The notes under the pieces: model-generated
Database searches by the model: none
What the model was told of the DNA's origin: nothing
Seen by the model: the letters and a program-made list of their open reading frames with translations, nothing else
In this document: positions 42,661-56,169 of the stretch, piece after piece
Layout of the letters: the number at the start of each line of letters is the position of its first letter
Numbering within the stretch: the first letter of the stretch is position 1
From: Eledone cirrhosa
Lineage: Eukaryota
Direction: 5' to 3'
Assembly: GCA_964016885.1 (NCBI GenBank)
Contig: OZ024742.1
Coordinates: 377,828,001 to 377,892,000 of the forward strand
DNA length: 64,000 nucleotides
Program-made: the position numbers and the translations under genes

Positions 42661-45600
42661 TACAGAAGACTAGAACATATTTCTACTTCTGTCACTTGTT
42701 AAACTATCTCTACATAAGACTAAATCATATTACTACTTCTGTCACTTGTTAAACTATCTCTACAGAAGACAAAACATAATTCTACTTCTTTCACTTGTTA
42801 AACTATCTCTACAGAAGATTAGAACATAATTCTACTTCTTTCACTTGTTAAACTATCTCTACAGAAGACTAGAACATAATTCTATTTCTGTCACTTGTTA
42901 AACTATCTCTACAGAAGACTAGAACATAATTCTACTTCTTTCACTTGTTAAACTATCTCTACAGAAGACTAGAACATAATTCTACTTATGTCACTTGTTA
43001 AACTATCTCTACAGAAGACTAGAACATAATTCTACTTCTGTCACATGTTAAACAATCTCTACAGAAGACTAGAACATATTTCTACTTCTGTCACTTGTTA
43101 AACTATCTCTACAGAAGACTAGAACATATTTCTACTTCTGTCACTTGTTAAACTATCTCTACCGAAGACTAGAACATAATTCTACTTCTGTCACTTGTTA
43201 AACTATCTCTACAGAAGACTAGAACATAATTCTACTTCTGTCACATGTTAAACTATCTCTGCAGAAGACTAGAACATATTTCTACTCCTGTCACTCGTTA
43301 AATTATCTCTACAGAACACTAGAAAATAATTCTACTTCTTTCACATGTTAAACTATCTCTACAGAAGACTAGAACATAATTCTACTTCTTTCACGTGTTA
43401 AACCATCTCTACAGAAGACTAAAACATATTTCTACTATTGTCACTTGTTAACTTATCTCTACAGAAGACTAGAACATAATTCTACTTCTGTCACTTGTTA
43501 AACTATCTCTACAGAAGGCTAGAACATAATTCTACTTCTTTCACATGTTAAACTATCTCTACAGAAGACTAGAACATAATTCTACTTCTGTCACTTGTTA
43601 ACCTATCTCTACAGATGACTAGAACATAATTCTACTTCTTTCACTTGTTAAACTATCTCTACAGAAGACTAGAACATATTTCTACTATTGTCACATGTTA
43701 ACCTATCTCTACAGAAGACTAGAACATAATTCTACTTCTGTCACATGTTAAACTATCTCTACAGAAGACTAGAACATATGTCTACTTCTGTCACTTGTTA
43801 AACTATCTCTACAGAAGACTAGAACATATTTCTAAATATGTCACTTGTTAAACTATCTCTACAGAAGACTAGAACATATTTCTACTTCTGTCACTTGTTA
43901 AACTATCTCTACAGAAGACTAGAACGTAGAACATATTTATACTTCTGTCACTTGTTAAACTATCTCTACAGAAGACTAAATCATATTTCTACTTCTGTCA
44001 CTTGTTAAACTATCTCTACAGAAGACAAAACATAATTCTACTACTTTCACTTGTTAAACTATCTCTACAGAAGACTAGAACATAATTCTACTTCTATCAC
44101 TTGTTAAACTATCTCTACAGAAGACTAGAACATAATTCTACTTCTGTCACTTGTTAAACTATCTCTACAGAAGACTAGAACATAATTCTACTTCTTTCAC
44201 TTGTTAAACTATCTCTACAGAAGACTAGAACATAGAACATATTTCTACTTCTGTCACTTGTTAAACTATCTCTACAGAAGACTAAAACATATTTCTACTT
44301 CTGTCACTTGTTAAACTATCTCTACAGAAGACTAGAACATAATTCTACTTCTCTCACTTGTTAAACTATCTCTACAGAAGACTAGAACATAATTCCACTT
44401 CTGTAACTTGTTAAACTATCTCTACAGAATACTAGAACTTATTTCTACTTCTGTCACATGATAAACTATCTCTACAGAAGACTAGAACATATTTCTACTT
44501 CTGTCACTTGTTAAACTATCTCTACAGAAGACTAGAACATATTTCTACTTCTGTCACTTGTTAAACTATCTCTACAGAAGACTAGAACATAATTCTACTT
44601 CTGTCACTTGTTAAACTATCTCTACAGAAGACTAGAACATAATTCTACTTCTTTCACTTGTTAAACTATCTCTACAGAAGACTAGAACATAATTCTACTT
44701 CTTTCACTTGTTAATCTATCTCTACAGAAGACTAGAACATAATTCTACTTCTGTCACTTGTTAAACTATCTCTACAGAAGACTAGAACATAATTCTACTT
44801 CTGTCACTTGTTAAACTATCTCTACAGAAGACTAGAACTAATTTCTACTTCTGTCAGTTGTTAAACTATCACTAAAGAAGACTTGAACATATTTCTACTT
44901 CTGTCACTTGTTAAACTATCTCTACAGAAGACTAGAACATAGAACATATTTCTGCTTCTGTCACTTGTTAAAGTATCTCTACAGAAGACTAGAACATATT
45001 ACTACTTCTGTCACTTGTTAAACTATCTCTACAGAAGACTAGAACATATTTCTACTACTGTCCCTTGTTAAACTCTCTCTACAGAAGACTAGAACATATT
45101 TCTACTACTGTCCCTTGTTAAACTCTCTCTACAGAAGACTAGAACATATTTCTACTACTGTCCCTTGTTAAACTATCTCTACAGAAGACTAGAACATATT
45201 TCTACTACTGTCACTTGTTAAACTATCTCTACAGAATACTACGACATATTTCTACATCTGTCACTTGTTAAACTATCTCTACAGAAGACTAGAACTAATT
45301 TCTACTTCTGTCAGTTGTTAAACTATCACTAAAGAAGACTTGAACATATTTCTACTTCTGTCACCTGTTAAACTATCTCTACAGAAGACTAGAACATAGA
45401 ACATATTTCTGCTTCTGTCACTTGTTAAACTATCTCTACAGAAGACTAGAACATAGAACATATTTCTAATTCTGTCACTTGTTAAACTATCTCTACAGAA
45501 GACTAAAACATATTTCTACTTCTGTCACTTGTTAAACTATCTCTACAGAAGACTAGAACATAATTCTACTTCTTTCACTTGTTAAACTATCTCTACAGAA

Positions 45601-48600
45601 GACTAGAACATATTTCTACTTCTGTCACTTGTTAAACTATCTCTACAGAAGACTAGAACGTAGAACATATTTCTACTTCTGTCACTTGTTAAACTATCTC
45701 TACATAAGACTAAATCATATTTCTACTTCTGTCACTTGTTAAACTATCTCTACAGAAGACTAGAACATAGAACATATTTCTACTTCTGTCACTTGTTAAA
45801 CTATCTCTACAGAAGACTAAAACATATTTCTACTTCTGTCACTTGTTAAACTATCTCTACAGAAGACTAGAACATAATTCTACTTCTTTCACTTGTTAAA
45901 CTATCTCTACAGAAGACTAGAACATAATTCTACTTCTTTCACTTGTTAAACTATCTCTACAGAAGACTAGAACATAATTCTACTTCTGTCACTTGTTAAA
46001 CTATCTCTACAGAAGACTAGAACATAATTCTACTTCTGTCACTTGTTAAACTATCTCTACAGAAGACTAGAACTAATTTCTACTTCTGTCAGTTGTTAAA
46101 CTATCACTAAAGAAGACTTGTACATATTTCTACTTCTGTCACTTGTTAAACAATCTCTACAGAAGATTAGAACATAGAACATATTTCTGCTTCTGTCACT
46201 TGTTAAACTATCTCTACAGAAGACTAAAACATATTTCTACTTCTGTCACTTGTTAAACTATCTCTACAGAAGACTAGAACATATTTCTACTTCTGTCACT
46301 TGTTAAACTATCTCTACAGAAGACTAAAACATATTTCTACTTCTGTCACTTGTTAAACTATCTCTACAGAAGACTAGAACATATTTCAACTTCTGTCACT
46401 TGTTAAACTATCTCTACAGAAGACTAGAACATATTTCTACTTCTGTCACTTGTTACACTATCTCTACAGAAGACTAGAACATATTTCTACTTCTGTCACT
46501 TGTTAAACTATCTCTACATAAGACTAAATCATATTACTACTTCTGTCACTTGTTAAACTATCTCTACAGAAGACAAAACATAATTCTACTTCTTTCACTT
46601 GTTAAACTATCTCTACAGAAGATTAGAACATAATTCTACTTCTTTCACTTGTTAAACTATCTCTACAGAAGACTAGAACATAATTCTATTTCTGTCACTT
46701 GTTAAACTATCTCTACAGAAGACTAGAACATAATTCTACTTCTTTCACTTGTTAAACTATCTCTACAGAAGACTAGAACATAATTCTACTTATGTCACTT
46801 GTTAAACTATCTCTACAGAAGACTAGAACATAATTCTACTTCTGTCACATGTTAAACAATCTCTACAGAAGACTAGAACATATTTCTACTTCTGTCACTT
46901 GTTAAACTATCTCTACAGAAGACTAGAACATATTTCTACTTCTGTCACTTGTTAAACTATCTCTACCGAAGACTAGAACATAATTCTACTTCTGTCACTT
47001 GTTAAACTATCTCTACAGAAGACTAGAACATAATTCTACTTCTGTCACATGTTAAACTATCTCTGCAGAAGACTAGAACATATTTCTACTCCTGTCACTC
47101 GTTAAATTATCTCTACAGAACACTAGAAAATAATTCTACTTCTTTCACATGTTAAACTATCTCTACAGAAGACTAGAACATAATTCTACTTCTTTCACGT
47201 GTTAAACCATCTCTACAGAAGACTAAAACATATTTCTACTATTGTCACTTGTTAACTTATCTCTACAGAAGACTAGAACATAATTCTACTTCTGTCACTT
47301 GTTAAACTATCTCTACAGAAGGCTAGAACATAATTCTACTTCTTTCACATGTTAAACTATCTCTACAGAAGACTAGAACATAATTCTACTTCTGTCACTT
47401 GTTAACCTATCTCTACAGATGACTAGAACATAATTCTACTTCTTTCACTTGTTAAACTATCTCTACAGAAGACTAGAACATATTTCTACTATTGTCACAT
47501 GTTAACCTATCTCTACAGAAGACTAGAACATAATTCTACTTCTGTCACATGTTAAACTATCTCTACAGAAGACTAGAACATATGTCTACTTCTGTCACTT
47601 GTTAAACTATCTCTACAGAAGACTAGAACATATTTCTAAATATGTCACTTGTTAAACTATCTCTACAGAAGACTAGAACATATTTCTACTTCTGTCACTT
47701 GTTAAACTATCTCTACAGAAGACTAGAACGTAGAACATATTTATACTTCTGTCACTTGTTAAACTATCTCTACAGAAGACTAAATCATATTTCTACTTCT
47801 GTCACTTGTTAAACTATCTCTACAGAAGACAAAACATAATTCTACTACTTTCACTTGTTAAACTATCTCTACAGAAGACTAGAACATAATTCTACTTCTA
47901 TCACTTGTTACACTATCTCTACAGAAGACTAGAACATAATTCTACTTCTGTCACTTGTTAAACTATCTCTACAGAAGACTAGAACATAATTCTACTTCTT
48001 TCACTTGTTAAACTATCTCTACAGAAGACTAGAACATAGAACATATTTCTACTTCTGTCACTTGTTAAACTATCTCTACAGAAGACTAAAACATATTTCT
48101 ACTTCTGTCACTTGTTAAACTATCTCTACAGAAGACTAGAACATAATTCTACTTCTCTCACTTGTTAAACTATCTCTACAGAAGACTAGAACATAATTCC
48201 ACTTCTGTAACTTGTTAAACTATCTCTACAGAATACTAGAACTTATTTCTACTTCTGTCACATGATAAACTATCTCTACAGAAGACTAGAACATATTTCT
48301 ACTTCTGTCACTTGTTAAACTATCTCTACAGAAGACTAGAACATATTTCTACTTCTGTCACTTGTTAAACTATCTCTACAGAAGACTAGAACATAATTCT
48401 ACTTCTGTCACTTGTTAAACTATCTCTACAGAAGACTAGAACATAATTCTACTTCTTTCACTTGTTAAACTATCTCTACAGAAGACTAGAACATAATTCT
48501 ACTTCTTTCACTTGTTAATCTATCTCTACAGAAGACTAGAACATAATTCTACTTCTGTCACTTGTTAAACTATCTCTACAGAAGACTAGAACATAATTCT

Positions 48601-49095
48601 ACTTCTGTCACTTGTTAAACTATCTCTACAGAAGACTAGAACTAATTTCTACTTCTGTCAGTTGTTAAACTATCACTAAAGAAGACTTGAACATATTTCT
48701 ACTTCTGTCACTTGTTAAACTATCTCTACAGAAGACTAGAACATAGAACATATTTCTGCTTCTGTCACTTGTTAAAGTATCTCTACAGAAGACTAGAACA
48801 TATTACTACTTCTGTCACTTGTTAAACTATCTCTACAGAAGACTAGAACATATTTCTACTACTGTCCCTTGTTAAACTCTCTCTACAGAAGACTAGAACA
48901 TATTTCTACTACTGTCCCTTGTTAAACTCTCTCTACAGAAGACTAGAACATATTTCTACTACTGTCCCTTGTTAAACTATCTCTACAGAAGACTAGAACA
49001 TATTTCTACTACTGTCACTTGTTAAACTATCTCTACAGAATACTACGACATATTTCTACATCTGTCACTTGTTAAACTATCTCTACAGAAGACTA
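41450..49095. repeat. Tandem duplication, unit 3804 bp (75 monomers)
   Basis: AAGACTTGTA 42309/46113, ACCGAAG 43161/46965, AGAACATATGTC 43771/47575 and TACTACGAC 45237/49041 all give offset 3804. The length matches 75x50+56-2=3804. Confidence 0.93.
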
Positions 49096-52000
49096 GAACA
49101 TATTTCTTCTTCTGTTACTTGTCACACTATCTCTACAGAAGACTAGAACATAATTCTACTTCTGTCACTTGTTAACCTATCTCTACAGAAGACTAGAACA
49201 TGATTCTACTACTCTCACTTGTTAAACTACCTCTACAGAAGACAAGAACATATTTCTACTTCTGTCACTTGTTAAACTACCTCAACAGAAGAATAGAACA
49301 TATTTCTACTTCTGTCACTTGTTAAACTATCTCTAAAGAAGACTAGAACATATTTCTACTTCTGTCACATGTTAAACTATCTCTGCAGAAGACTAGAACA
49401 TAGTTCAACTTCTGTCACTTGTTAAACTATCTCTACAGAAGACTGGAACGTAGAACATATTTCTACTTCTGTCACTTGTTAAACTATCTCTACATAAGAC
49501 TAAATCATATTTCTACTTCTGTCACTTGTTAAACTATCTCTACAGAAGACTAGAACATAGAACATATTTCTACTTCTGTCACTTGTTAAACTATCTCTAC
49601 AGAAGACTAAAACATATTTCTACTTCTGTCACTTGTTAAACTATCTCTACAGAAGACTAGAACATAATTCTACTTCTTTCACATGTTAAACTATCTCTAC
49701 AGAAGACTAGAACATAATTCTACTTCTTTCACTTGTTAAACTATCTCTACAGAAGACTAGAACATAATTCTACTTCTGTCACTTGTTAAACTATCTCTAC
49801 AGAAGACTAGAACTGATTTCTACATCTGTCAGTTGTTAAACTATCACTAAAGAAGACTTGAACATATTTCTACTTCTGTCACTTGTTAAACTATCTCTAC
49901 AGAAGATTAGAACATAGAACATATTTCTGCTTCTGTCACTTGTTAAACTATCTCTACAGAAGACTAGAACATAGAACATATTTCTACTTCTGTCACTTGT
50001 TAAACTATCTCTACAGAAGACTAAAACATATTTCTACTTCTGTCACTTGTTAAACTATCTCTACAGAAGACTAGAACATATTTCTACTTCTGTCACTTGT
50101 TAAACTATCTCTACAGAAGACTAGAACATATTTCTACTTCTGTCACTTGTTAAACTATCTCTACAGAAGACTAGAACGTAGAACATATTTCTACTTCTAT
50201 CACTTGTTAAACTATCTCTACATAAGACTAAATCATATTACTACTTCTGTCACTTGTTAAACTATCTCTACAGAAGACAAAACATAATTCTACTTCTTTC
50301 ACTTGTTAAACTATCTCTACAGAAGACTAGAACATAATTCTACTTCTTTCACTTGTTAAACTATCTCTACAGAAGACTAGAACATAATTCTACTTCTGTC
50401 ACTTGTTAAACTATCTCTACAGAAGACTAGAACATAATTCTACTTCTTTCACTTGTTAAACTATCTCTACAGAAGACTAGAACATAATTCTACTTCTGTC
50501 ACTTGTTAAACTATCTCTACAGAAGACTAGAACATAATTCTACTTCTGTCACATGTTAAACAATCTCTACAGAAGACTAGAACATATTTCTACTTCTGTC
50601 ACTTGTTAAACTATCTCTACAGAAGACTAGAACATATTTCTACTTCTGTCACTTGTTAAACTATCTCTACAGAAGACTAGAACATAATTCTACTTCTGTC
50701 ACTTGTTAAACTATCTCTACAGAAGACTAGAACCTATTACTACTACTGTCACTTGTTAAACTATCTCTACAGAAGGCTAGAACATAATTCTACTTCTTTC
50801 ACATGTTAAACTATCTCTACAGAAGACTAGAACATATTTCTACTATTGTCACATGTTAACCTATCTCTACAGAAGACTAGAACATAATTCTACTTCTGTC
50901 ACATGTTAAACAATCTCTACAGAAGACTAGAACATATTTCTACTTCTGTCACTTGTTAAACTATCTCTACAGAAGACTAGAACATATTTCTAAATCTGTC
51001 ACTTGTTAAACTATCTCTACAGAAGACTAGAACATATTTCTACTTCTGTCACTTGTTAAACTATCTCTACAGAAGACTAGAACGTAGAACATATTTCTAC
51101 TTCTGTCACTTGTTAAACTATCTCTACAGAAGACTAAATCATATTTCTACTTCTGTCACTTGTTAAACTATCTCTACAGAAGACAAAACATAATTCTACT
51201 ACTTTCACTTGTTAAACTATCTCTACAGAAGACTAGAACATAATTCTACTTCTTTCACTTGTTAAACTATCTCTACAGAAGACTAGAACATAATTCTACT
51301 TCTGTCACTTGTTAAACTATCTCTACAGAAGACTAGAACATAATTCTACTTCTTTCACTTGTTAAACTATCTCTACAGAAGACTAGAACATAGAACATAT
51401 TTCTACTTCTGTCACTTGTTAAACTATCTCTACAGAAGACTAAAACATATTTCTACTTCTGTCACTTGTTAAACTATCTCTACAGAAGACTAGAACATAA
51501 TTCTACTTCTCTCACTTGTTAAACTATCTCTACAGAAGACTAGCACATAATTCCACTTCTGTAACTTGTTAAACTATCTCTACAGAATACTAGAACTTAT
51601 TTCTACTTCTGTCACATGATAAACTATCTCTACAGAAGACTAGAACATATTTCTACCTCTGTCACTTGTTAAACTATCTCTACAGAAGACTAGAACATAT
51701 TTCTACTTCTGTCACTTGTTAAACTATCTCTACAGGAGACTAGAACATAATTCTACTTCTGTCACTTGTTAAACTATCTCTACAGAAGACTAGAACATAA
51801 TTCTACTTCTTTCACTTGTTACACTATCTCTACAGAAGACTAGAACATAATTCTACTTCTTTCACTTGTTAATCTATCTCTACAGAAGACTAGAACATAA
51901 TTCTACTTCTGTCACTTGTTAAACTATCTCTACAGAAGACTAGAACATAATTCTACTTCTGTCACTTGTTAAACTATCTCTACAGAAGACTAGAACTAAT

Positions 52001-55000
52001 TTCTACTTCTGTCAGTAGTTAAACTATCACTAAAGAAGACTTGAACATATTTCTACTTCTGTCACTTGTTAAACTATCTCTACAGAAGACTAGAACATAG
52101 AACATATTTCTGCTTCTGTCACTTGTTAAAGTATCTCTACAGAAGACTAGAACATATTACTACTTCTGTCACTTGTTAAACTCTCTCTACAGAAGACTAG
52201 AACATATTTCTACTACTGTCCCTTGTTAAACTCTCTCTACAGAAGACTAGAACATATTTCTACTACTGTCCCTTGTTAAACTCTCTCTACAGAAGACTAG
52301 AACATATTTCTTCTTCTGTTACTTGTCACACTATCTCTACAGAAGACTAGAACATAATTCTACTTCTGTCACTTGTTAACCTATCTCTACAGAAGACTAG
52401 AACATGATTCTACTACTCTCACTTGTTAAACTACCTCTACAGAAGACAAGAACATATTTCTACTTCTGTCACTTGTTAAACTACCTCAACAGATGAATAG
52501 AACACATTTCTACTTCTGTCACTTGTTAAACTATCTCTAAAGAAGACTAGAACATATTTCTACTTCTGTCACATGTTAAACTATCTCTGCAGAAGACTAG
52601 AACATAGTTCTACTTCTGTCACTTGTTAAACTATCTCTACAGAAGACTAGAATGTAGAACATATTTCTACTTCTGTCACTTGTTAAACTATCTCTACATA
52701 AGACTAAATCATATTTCTACTTCTGTCACTTGTTAAACTATCTCTACAGAAGACTAGAACATAGAACATATTTCTACTTCTGTCACTTGTTAAACTATCT
52801 CTACAGAAGACTAAAACATATTTCTACTTCTGTCACTTGTTAAACTATCTCTACAGAAGACTAGAACATAATTCTACTTCTTTCACTTGTTAAACTATCT
52901 CTACAGAAGACTAGAACATAATTCTACTTCTTTCACTTGTTAAACTATCTCTACAGAAGACTAGAACATAATTCTACTGCTGTCACTTGTTAAACTATCT
53001 CTACAGAAGACTAGAACTGATTTCTACATCTGTCAGTTGTTAAACTATCACTAAAGAAGACTTGAACATATTTCTACTTCTGTCACTTGTTAAACTATCT
53101 CTACAGAAGATTAGAACATAGAACATATTTCTGCTTCTGTCACTTGTTAAACTATCTCTACAGAAGACTAGAACATAGAACATATTTCTACTTCTGTCAC
53201 TTGTTAAACTATCTCTACAGAAGACTAAAACATATTTCTACTTCTGTCACTTGTTAAACTATCTCTACAGAAGACTAGAACATATTTCTACTTCTGTCAC
53301 TTGTTAAACTATCTCTACAGAAGACTAGAACATATTTCTACTTCTGTCACTTGTTAAACTATCTCTACAGAAGACTAGAACGTAGAACATATTTCTACTT
53401 CTATCACTTGTTAAACTATCTCTACATAAGACTAAATCATATTACTACTTCTGTCACTTGTTAAACTATCTCTACAGAAGACAAAACATAATTCTACTTC
53501 TTTCACTTGTTAAACTATCTCTACAGAAGACTAGAACTTAATTCTACTTCTTTCACTTGTTAAACTATCTCTACAGAAGACTAGAACATAATTCTACTTC
53601 TGTCACTTGTTAAACTATCTCTACAGAAGACTAGAACATAATTCTACTTCTGTCACATGTTAAACAATCTCTACAGAAGACTAGAACATATTTCTACTTC
53701 TGTCACTTGTTAAACTATCTCTACAGAAGACTAGAACATATTTCTACTTCTGTCACTTGTTAAACTATCTCTACAGAAGACTAGAACATAATTCTACTTC
53801 TGTCACTTGTTAAACTATCTCTACAGAAGACTAGAACCTATTACTACTACTGTCACTTGTTAAACTATCTCTACAGAAGGCTAGAACATAATTCTACTAC
53901 TTTCACATTTTAAACTATCTCTACAGAAGACTAGAACATATTTCTACTATTGTCACATGTTAACCTATCTCTACAGAAGACTAGAACATAATTCTACTTC
54001 TGTCACATGTTAAACTATCTCTACAGAAGACTAGAACATATTTCTACTTCTGTCACTTGTTAAACTATCTCTACAGAAGACTTGAACATATTTCTAAATC
54101 TGTCACTTGTTAAACTATCTCTACAGAAGACTAGAACATATTTCTACTTCTGTCACTTGTTAAACTATCTCTACAGAAGACTAAATCATATTTCTACTTC
54201 TGTCACTTGTTAAACTATCTCTACAGAAGACAAAACATAATTCTACTACTTTCACTTGTTAAACTATCTCTACAGAAGACTAGAACATAATTCTACTTCT
54301 TTCACTTGTTAAACTATCTCTACAGAAGACTAGAACATAATTCTACTTCTGTCACTTGTTAAACTATCTCTACAGAAGACTAGAACATAGTTCTACTTCT
54401 TTCACTTGTTAAACTATCTCTACAGAAGACTAGAACATAGAACATATTTCTACTTCTGTCACTTGTTAAACTATCTCTACAGAAGACTAAAACATATTTC
54501 TACTTCTGTCACTTGTTAAACTATCTCTACAGAAGACTAGAACATAATTCTACTTCTCTCACTTGTTAAACTATCTCTACAGAAGACTAGAACATAATTC
54601 CACTTCTGTAACTTGTTAAACTATCTCTACAGAATACTAGAACTTATTTCTACTTCTGTCACATGATAAATTATCTCTACAGAAGACTAGAACATATTTC
54701 TACCTCTGTCACTTGTTAAACTATCTCTACAGAAGACTAGAACATATTTCTACTTCTGTCACTTGTTAAACTATCTCTACAGAAGACTAGAACATAATTC
54801 TACTTCTGTCACTTGTTAAACTATCTCTACAGAAGACTAGAACATAATTCTACTTCTTTCACTTGTTAAACTATCTCTACAGAAGACTAGAACATAATTC
54901 TACTTCTTTCACTTGTTAATCTATCTCTACAGAAGACTAGAACATAATTCTACTTCTGTTACTTGTTAAACTATCTCTACAGAAGACTAGAACATAATTC

Positions 55001-56169
55001 TACTTCTGTCACTTGTTAAACTATCTCTACAGAAGACTAGAACTAATTTCTACTTCTGTCAGTTGTTAAACTATCACTAAAGAAGACTTGAACATATTTC
55101 TACTTCTGTCACTTGTTAAACTATCTCTACAGAAGACTAGAACATAGAACATATTTCTGCTTCTGTCACTTGTTAAAGTATCTCTACAGAAGACTAGAAC
55201 ATATTACTACTTCTGTCACTTGTTAAACTATCTCTACAGAAGACTAGAACATATTTCTACTACTGTCCCTTGTTAAACTCTCTCTACAGAAGACTAGAAC
55301 ATATTTCTACTACTGTCCCTTGTTAAACTATCTCTACAGAAGACTAGAACATATTTCTACTTCTGTCACTTGTTAAACTATCTCTACAGAATACTACGAC
55401 ATATTTCTACATCTGTCACATGTTAAACTATCTCTACAGAAGACTAGAACATATTTCTTCTTCTGTTACTTGTCACACTATCTCTACAGAAGACTAGAAC
55501 ATAATTCTACTTCTGTCACATGTTAACCTATCTCTACAGAAGACTAGAACATGATTCTACTACTCTCACTTGTTAAACTATCTCTAAAGAAGACTAGAAC
55601 ATATTTCTACTTCTGTCACATGTTAAACTATCTCTGCAGAAGACTAGAACATAGTTCTACTTCTGTCACTTGTTAAACTATCTCTACAGAAGACTAGAAC
55701 GTAGAACATATTTCTACTTCTGTCACTTGTTAAACTATCTCTACATAAGACTAAATCATATTTCTACTTCTGTCACTTGTTAAACTATCTCTACAGAAGA
55801 CTAAAACATATTTCTACTTCTGTCACTTGTTAAACTATCTCTACAGAAGACTAGAACATAATTCTACTTCTTTCACTTGTTAAACTATCTCTACAGAAGA
55901 CTAGAACATATCTACTTCTTTCACTTGTTAAACTATCTCTACAGAAGACTAGAACATAATTCTACTTCTGTCACTTGTTAAGCTATCTCTACAGAAGACT
56001 AGAACTGATTTCTACATCTGTCAGTTGTTAAACTATCACTAAAGAAGACTTGAACATATTTCTACTTCTGTCACTTGTTAAACTATCTCTACAGAAGACT
56101 AGAACATATTTCTACTTCTGTCACTTGTTAAACTATCTCTACAGAAGACTAGAACATATTTCTAAATCT

